In this document: positions 39,237-43,539 of the stretch, piece by piece
How positions within the stretch are numbered: position 1 is the stretch's first letter
How the letters are laid out: the number at the start of each line of letters is the position of its first letter
Origin: Flavipsychrobacter sp.
GTDB lineage: Bacteria > Bacteroidota > Bacteroidia > Chitinophagales > Chitinophagaceae
Assembly (NCBI GenBank): GCA_965228505.1
Contig: OZ245820.1
Location: forward strand, 2,681,336-2,745,335
Length of the DNA stretch: 64,000 nucleotides
Direction of reading: 5' to 3'
The notes under the pieces: model-generated
Told to the model about the DNA's origin: nothing
What the model saw: only the letters and a program-made list of their open reading frames with translations
The model's database searches: none
Translations under genes and position numbers: made by a program

Positions 39237-40528
39237 AAATCAAAACCTTGCTTTACTCTAGTACTTTTTTGCCAGTTTAATTGCAAAATCTTAGCGTGTT
39301 CTTTTGGCGTTACTTTAATGTAGCTTAAAAATGCTTTTTCGGTCTTATGCCCTGTAATAGCCATTATAGTAATGGCAGGCACTCCATTTTTATAGTTATT
39401 AGTAGCAAATGAGCGTCTTGCAGTGTGTGTAGTTATAAGCTTGTGTTTTTTTAAGCTCTTAGTAATCCCAGTACCAGCTTTTGTAATGGTCTTACTTTGT
39501 GTCTCTTGCAATTCAGGTATATCAGCTATCTCTTTTAAATACTCGTTAGTCTTTTGGTTAGTTATTGCCTTTGGTAGCTCTCCATAATACTTATCTAATA
39601 TTCTTTGCACCTCAGGGTGTACAGGTATAGTTACGGGATTACTTGTTTTTTGCTGTACAATTTCAATAAATCCATCTTCTATATGCTCGGCTTTCAATTT
39701 ACTCAGGTCAGAAAACCTTAAGCCTGTATAGCAACCTACAATAAACAAATCCCTAACCTGTTCATGTCCTTTCCTATTAGTCAGGTCAATACGTGCTAAT
39801 GCTGCAATTTCATTCTCAGTAAGATATATGCTATCAGTCTTTTCAGATACCCTTTTAAACAACTTGCTTTTATATGCTAAGTTCTTATTAACACCTCTTT
39901 CTGTAGCATCATTAAGTATGGCTTTCAGGTTCTTAATATGCTTACCTATTGAGTTGGTACTTTGCAATTGCTTTTTTGACAAATACTCAGTAAATCCGTA
40001 ATAAAAATCAAGATCAATAGTATCAAAATCCACAGGGCGTTTAATAGTCTTTTGATACAACTTAATAAAATTCAGTGTCCCTTCATAAGTATTAATAGTA
40101 CCTGAAGTTACAGGCTTCCCATTAGGGTTTAAACGAATACCTTCTTTTGATTGAGCAATGAAGTTTTCAAAATAAGAGATAAAAGAGTTTTCGGAATTAG
40201 CAACTACTGTATCAGGCTTAATTTTTGCATCAAACAGGTCTTTTAACACATTCTTGCTAGGCTCTTCTTTTTTTGTAGCCACATAATCCCTATACACCTC
40301 TTCCATATCAGCCAACCAGCCCCGCAATAAATGGTTTGAGGCTGCAAATCCTGATAGCGTCCTTCTAAATTGTTGCTCTTTCTGATTCCAGTGTTTTGGC
40401 TCTATTGTTATTGGCAGGTAGTACTTTAAAAACGGTTTGCCATTTATTAAGACGCGTGCAAATAGTGGTGTTCTCTTCTTTGCCTTAACGTCTTTAAGGA
40501 AAAAGGTTACTCTCATAATGTTTTGCAA
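39233..40528 (-). CDS. site-specific tyrosine integrase
   Basis: 431 aa with an N-terminal arm-binding-like domain, a SAM-like core-binding domain, and a catalytic domain with GLRFSDL, HTARRSFATN and GHKTEKAFLSYI. Confidence 0.9.
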   Translation of the reverse strand: MQNIMRVTFFLKDVKAKKRTPLFARVLINGKPFLKYYLPITIEPKHWNQKEQQFRRTLSGFAASNHLLRGWLADMEEVYRDYVATKKEEPSKNVLKDLFDAKIKPDTVVANSENSFISYFENFIAQSKEGIRLNPNGKPVTSGTINTYEGTLNFIKLYQKTIKRPVDFDTIDLDFYYGFTEYLSKKQLQSTNSIGKHIKNLKAILNDATERGVNKNLAYKSKLFKRVSEKTDSIYLTENEIAALARIDLTNRKGHEQVRDLFIVGCYTGLRFSDLSKLKAEHIEDGFIEIVQQKTSNPVTIPVHPEVQRILDKYYGELPKAITNQKTNEYLKEIADIPELQETQSKTITKAGTGITKSLKKHKLITTHTARRSFATNNYKNGVPAITIMAITGHKTEKAFLSYIKVTPKEHAKILQLNWQKSTRVKQGFDL

Positions 40529-40716
40529 TGTTGAACATTGTAAAAATACGAAAATAGTACCCCAAAAATGACTGGGGGACTAAATGGGGGACTATTTTTT
40601 TTAATCAGCCTTTATTTAGCTTTATTTCTCTTAATCACCTGAAACACCTATAAACAGGGCGAAATACTGAACAGCATTATATTTCAGGAAAATTTAAGAA
40701 ACTAAAAAATACCATA

Positions 40717-40739
40717 GTTCGAGTTCAGGTCGGACTGCT
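40717..40739 (+). repeat. attR: partial copy of the tRNA-Gln 3' end
   Basis: GTTCGAGTTCAGGTCGGACTGCT versus tRNA GTTCGAATCCAGGTCGGACTGCT. The T-loop here is non-canonical (TTCGAGT), which fits an element-derived mimic. Confidence 0.75.
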
Positions 40740-40744
40740 AAAAA

Positions 40745-40767
40745 GCCCCTCTGAGAGGGGCTTTTTT
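40745..40767. terminator. hairpin terminator (probable ancestral tRNA-Gln terminator, also serves the convergent gene 40800-41282)
   Basis: GCCCCTC (40745-40751) pairs with GAGGGGC (40755-40761), flanked by AAAA and TTTTTT. Confidence 0.6.
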
Positions 40768-40799
40768 AGTTAATGCTTGTTATCAACACCAAGGGTCGA

Positions 40800-41282
40800 T
40801 TAAGAATGAGGTAAACCTAGTTCTCGTAACTGAAAAATAGAGTCCGCATTTTTATACTTTGCGATAATAAGATTTATACAACTGTATTTTTTATTTTCTT
40901 TAGTATTTACGCCGACCTCATACCTTCTTGAAAATGCGTATACATCATCACTACCTATGTTAATATCGCTAAATGGCATATCGGAGTTATATGGAATTTT
41001 CACCCTAGTCTTATCATCTAAAACATAATAATATTTTGATTCAATAGAATGCCCTTCATTATCTTCAAATTGTGTCCTAAGGATTCCATTTGTATCAATT
41101 TCATAAATTCTACATCCATCTTCATATTTAACAGGCTTACCATCTAAACAATTAAAATAAACAACAATAATTCCTTGATAATTGTGAGGTATATAAAATA
41201 TTTCCTGTCCTTTTACTTTACAACCACTTAGATAGTAGATAAATAAAAAAGCTACTATTATTGTAGTAATAATTCTCATCAT
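40800..41282 (-). CDS. hypothetical lipoprotein (array ORF 1)
   Basis: 160 aa with lipobox MMRIITTIIVAFLFIYYLSGC, in a very AT-rich region. I recognise no family. Confidence 0.5.
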   Translation of the reverse strand: MMRIITTIIVAFLFIYYLSGCKVKGQEIFYIPHNYQGIIVVYFNCLDGKPVKYEDGCRIYEIDTNGILRTQFEDNEGHSIESKYYYVLDDKTRVKIPYNSDMPFSDINIGSDDVYAFSRRYEVGVNTKENKKYSCINLIIAKYKNADSIFQLRELGLPHS

Positions 41283-41294
41283 TTAGGTTTGTAA

Positions 41295-41340
41295 CACCTT
41301 AAGTTCGGGAAAATTCAGGAAAGACGCTTAATGTCAACTA
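41295..41340. repeat. repeat family B, copy 1
   Basis: CACCTTAAGTTCGGGAAAATTCAGGAAAGACGCTTAATGTCAACTA matches 43486-43531 at 42 of 46 positions. It lies 13 nt upstream of the start codon of ORF 40800-41282. Confidence 0.8.
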
Positions 41341-41354
41341 CTATTGTTCCTTTA

Positions 41355-41412
41355 GGTCTTGTGACCACACCAATCAGAATCTGCATCAGTGTGTTGGTTG
41401 GTGACAACACCC
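41355..41412. repeat. repeat family A, copy 1
   Basis: GGTCTTGTGACCACACCAATCAGAATCTGCATCAGTGTGTTGGTTGGTGACAACACCC aligns to 42442-42499 with 53 of 58 identical. Confidence 0.8.
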
Positions 41413-41474
41413 GATTGAATAAACCTATTTGTCAACTCAAACCAACACACTAATAGTATAATTATATTTGATCT

Positions 41475-41714
41475 ATGGAAACAGTAACCTTTTATTTAGG
41501 AGAAGAAAACGGTACTTATAGTTCATCTTCTGTAGAGCCAATATGCGATTGCCATATCAATACTATGGCTGATAGTAAGCAAGGTATAATTGATAATATT
41601 AAAATGCTGATCAAAGATTTCATGGATAATGAATGGAAAAATGACGCTTACTGGAGTAAAGTGAATATTGATGAACTGGAAATTAAATTCATTGACTACG
41701 ATTTTACAGAATAA
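41475..41714 (+). CDS. small hypothetical protein, inverted relative to the array
   Basis: 79-aa acidic ORF filling an otherwise 520-nt gap. There is a faint HicB/UPF0150-like pattern (TFYLGEENGTYSSSSVEPICDCHINTMADSKQGIIDNIKMLIKDF). Its stop codon overlaps repeat C copy 2. Confidence 0.35.
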   Translation: METVTFYLGEENGTYSSSSVEPICDCHINTMADSKQGIIDNIKMLIKDFMDNEWKNDAYWSKVNIDELEIKFIDYDFTE

Positions 41715-41739
41715 CCTAAATCCTTAGGGGTTAGAGCCA
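41710..41739. repeat. repeat family C, copy 2
   Basis: AATAACCTAAATCCTTAGGGGTTAGAGCCA matches 36941-36970 at 29 of 30 positions. Confidence 0.8.
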
Positions 41740-41760
41740 TTTTAAAGGTTTTTTACCTCT

Positions 41761-41792
41761 GTATCAGTGTTGGTTGGTGTTTTACCAACCAA
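41761..41792. repeat. family A fragment fused to a 9-bp hairpin
   Basis: GTATCAGTGTTGGTTGGTG (41761-41779) matches the GCATCAGTGTGTTGGTTGGTG part of copy A1 with a 2-nt gap. TTGGTTGGT (41770-41778) pairs with ACCAACCAA (41784-41792). Confidence 0.6.
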
Positions 41793-41804
41793 AAGGGGAA
41801 AAAT

Positions 41805-42413
41805 TTACATTCCTGTTAGACAAATTTCATCTACGATATATGGGTGATAATCGATATAATACCCCGACTCATGTAGCTTTTTCAAAACACTTATAAAAAG
41901 ATATTTTTCAATCTTTTGCACATTCCTTTTAACCCAAAGCTTTCTAACTCTATTATATGTGTTAATACCCCCTAAATTTCTAACAAATACAGATGGGAAG
42001 TCGTCAACATAAAAAATTTCAGACGTTACAAATCCATTTATTTTTAGTAATGTGTTATTGCTTCTATATAGAAGATAACTAAATGAATTTTCAGTAAATA
42101 AATTGACAAATGGTGATTTCGGAATTATTAAAAATTTTATTTCAACAAAATAATACCCTAAAGTACTGTCTATGTGAACTATAGAAACTCTATTTTCAAA
42201 CTCTACATTAATATCGTCTATAGTATTAATATTTTTAACTGTATCCTTACCATTTATAACATAGCTAGTCTGATCATTCTGTAGTAAACATCCATTGTAC
42301 AGCTCATTTAAAAAGAGCAAATCCTCGAATACTAGTTTTTTTATATCCTCATGTTGCGCACGACTTACAAGACACATTGTAACAGTGATAAAAAGAGTAA
42401 ATATTCTTTTCAT
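41805..42413 (-). CDS. hypothetical secreted protein (array ORF 3)
   Basis: 202 aa with signal peptide MKRIFTLFITVTMCLVSRAQ. I recognise no family. Confidence 0.5.
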   Translation of the reverse strand: MKRIFTLFITVTMCLVSRAQHEDIKKLVFEDLLFLNELYNGCLLQNDQTSYVINGKDTVKNINTIDDINVEFENRVSIVHIDSTLGYYFVEIKFLIIPKSPFVNLFTENSFSYLLYRSNNTLLKINGFVTSEIFYVDDFPSVFVRNLGGINTYNRVRKLWVKRNVQKIEKYLFISVLKKLHESGYYIDYHPYIVDEICLTGM

Positions 42414-42436
42414 TTCAAATAATCATTTTTTTCTTT

Positions 42437-42505
42437 TGGTCGGTCTTGTGACCGTACCAATCAGAATCTGCATCAATGTGTTGGTTCGTGACAACAACCT
42501 AAAGG
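42437..42505. repeat. repeat family A, copy 2
   Basis: 69 nt aligning to 42951-43019 with 2 mismatches. 42443-42505 is identical over 63 nt to 42957-43019. Confidence 0.85.
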
Positions 42506-42522
42506 AAAATGATTTTACACTT

Positions 42523-42894
42523 TTAAAACTTAAAATAAATATTATGATTAGTTTCAACTGCTTTTTGTAATAGTTGAATAATCCTACTTACAAGAAATTT
42601 TTCTCTAACCTCTTTAATTTCAATTGTATATTTTTTCAATCTAAATGATATAATCTTTTTAACTTCTTGCGAATTCACCCAACCATCTTCATAAGGACCA
42701 ATCATACTATCGTTTACATCATTAATTAAATCTAGTACTTTCTGATCTAAAAGATATACATCCTCTATTGCTAAAGAAATAACATTTTCATTTTCAGTGT
42801 TGGAATAAGCCCAAGAAATTGCGTCAGAGTACTCCATGTCCCTTTCATCAAATTCTAAAGGCAATACAAATATTAAATAATTTTCACTAGTCAT
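42523..42894 (-). CDS. hypothetical acidic cytoplasmic protein (array ORF 4)
   Basis: 123 aa with no signal peptide and many Asp/Glu (MTSENYLIFVLPLEFDERDMEYSDAISWAY...). I recognise no family. Confidence 0.5.
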   Translation of the reverse strand: MTSENYLIFVLPLEFDERDMEYSDAISWAYSNTENENVISLAIEDVYLLDQKVLDLINDVNDSMIGPYEDGWVNSQEVKKIISFRLKKYTIEIKEVREKFLVSRIIQLLQKAVETNHNIYFKF

Positions 42895-42950
42895 TATTTT
42901 TCATGTGCTTTTGCTGTTGATTATAATTCTTTACATGATTACATTGCTTT

Positions 42951-43019
42951 TAGTCAGTCTTGTGACCGTACCAATCAGAATCTGCATCAATGTGTTGGTT
43001 CGTGACAACAACCTAAAGG
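42951..43019. repeat. repeat family A, copy 3
   Basis: See copy 2. The offset between copies 2 and 3 is 514 bp. Confidence 0.85.
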
Positions 43020-43024
43020 GGAGA

Positions 43025-43471
43025 TTATTCCATTCTTAAAACACGTATATACAAAAGCTTCTTAGTATCAGAACTGAAATCTAATATTAACCCCTCAATA
43101 CCAGGACGAAAGCCTCCAGCTTTTTCAGAATCCATGTTATTTGAATTATAAGTATAGTATACATAGGAAAATTGATCCTCAGGATGTAAATATGTTCTTA
43201 CTTCTGATGGATCTCCCAAATAATATCGTACCGAATCAACAGAAACACTATCAATAATACAGTTACGCAAACGATGTTCGACCACACTTCTATACCCATT
43301 GTTCGCTAAAGAATCAGTACGCCAATAATATGTAACATGTTTCAATATTTTTGTGCAATCATGCTGCACTGTTTGAGTTTGCTCTGGTACATTATATTCT
43401 ACCAGTTCAGGATACTTACATGCAAAACTGGTCCACACCAATAACAACAGTATGATTATTCTCCTTATCAT
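43025..43471 (-). CDS. hypothetical lipoprotein (array ORF 5)
   Basis: 148 aa with lipobox MIRRIIILLLLVWTSFAC. I recognise no family. Confidence 0.5.
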   Translation of the reverse strand: MIRRIIILLLLVWTSFACKYPELVEYNVPEQTQTVQHDCTKILKHVTYYWRTDSLANNGYRSVVEHRLRNCIIDSVSVDSVRYYLGDPSEVRTYLHPEDQFSYVYYTYNSNNMDSEKAGGFRPGIEGLILDFSSDTKKLLYIRVLRME

Positions 43472-43485
43472 ATTAAAGCTGGCTG

Positions 43486-43531
43486 CACATTAAGTTCGTG
43501 AAAATTCAGGAAAGATGCTTAAAGTCAACTA
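43486..43531. repeat. repeat family B, copy 2
   Basis: CACATTAAGTTCGTGAAAATTCAGGAAAGATGCTTAAAGTCAACTA lies 15 nt upstream of the start codon of ORF 43025-43471 and 9 nt from the stop of the core gene at 43540. Confidence 0.8.
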
Positions 43532-43539
43532 TCATTTTC

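Larger units (their letters stand above)
30339..40739. mobile_element. ~10.4-kb integrative genomic island in the 3' end of tRNA-Gln (Type I R-M cargo, tyrosine integrase)
   Basis: The 23-nt tRNA T-arm/acceptor segment (30330-30352) is repeated at 40717-40739 with 2 mismatches. The 14-nt exact core CAGGTCGGACTGCT is at 30339-30352 and 40726-40739. The integrase gene lies just inside the right repeat, and Xis-like, Rep-like and RteC-like genes lie inside. Confidence 0.75.

Noticed and set aside
41475-41714. Could the 79-aa ORF be called a HicB antitoxin of a toxin-antitoxin pair?
   Set aside because: The resemblance is only faint. No HicA-like partner ORF is adjacent, and there is no DNA-binding C-terminal domain. 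I keep it as a low-confidence hypothetical.
41355-43019. Could the family A repeats be a CRISPR array?
   Set aside because: The repeat spacing is ~500-1000 bp and not ~30-40 bp. The intervening DNA is protein-coding with signal peptides. The repeats are 58-69 nt long. No cas genes are in the window.
41355-43019. Could this be a classical integron, with attC sites and an IntI integrase?
   Set aside because: I could not find the RYYYAAC / GTTRRRY core sites in the repeats. The only conserved stem is 5 bp. The nearby recombinase looks like a Bacteroidota tRNA-targeting integrase and is separated from the array by attR. At most this is an analogy and not a canonical integron.
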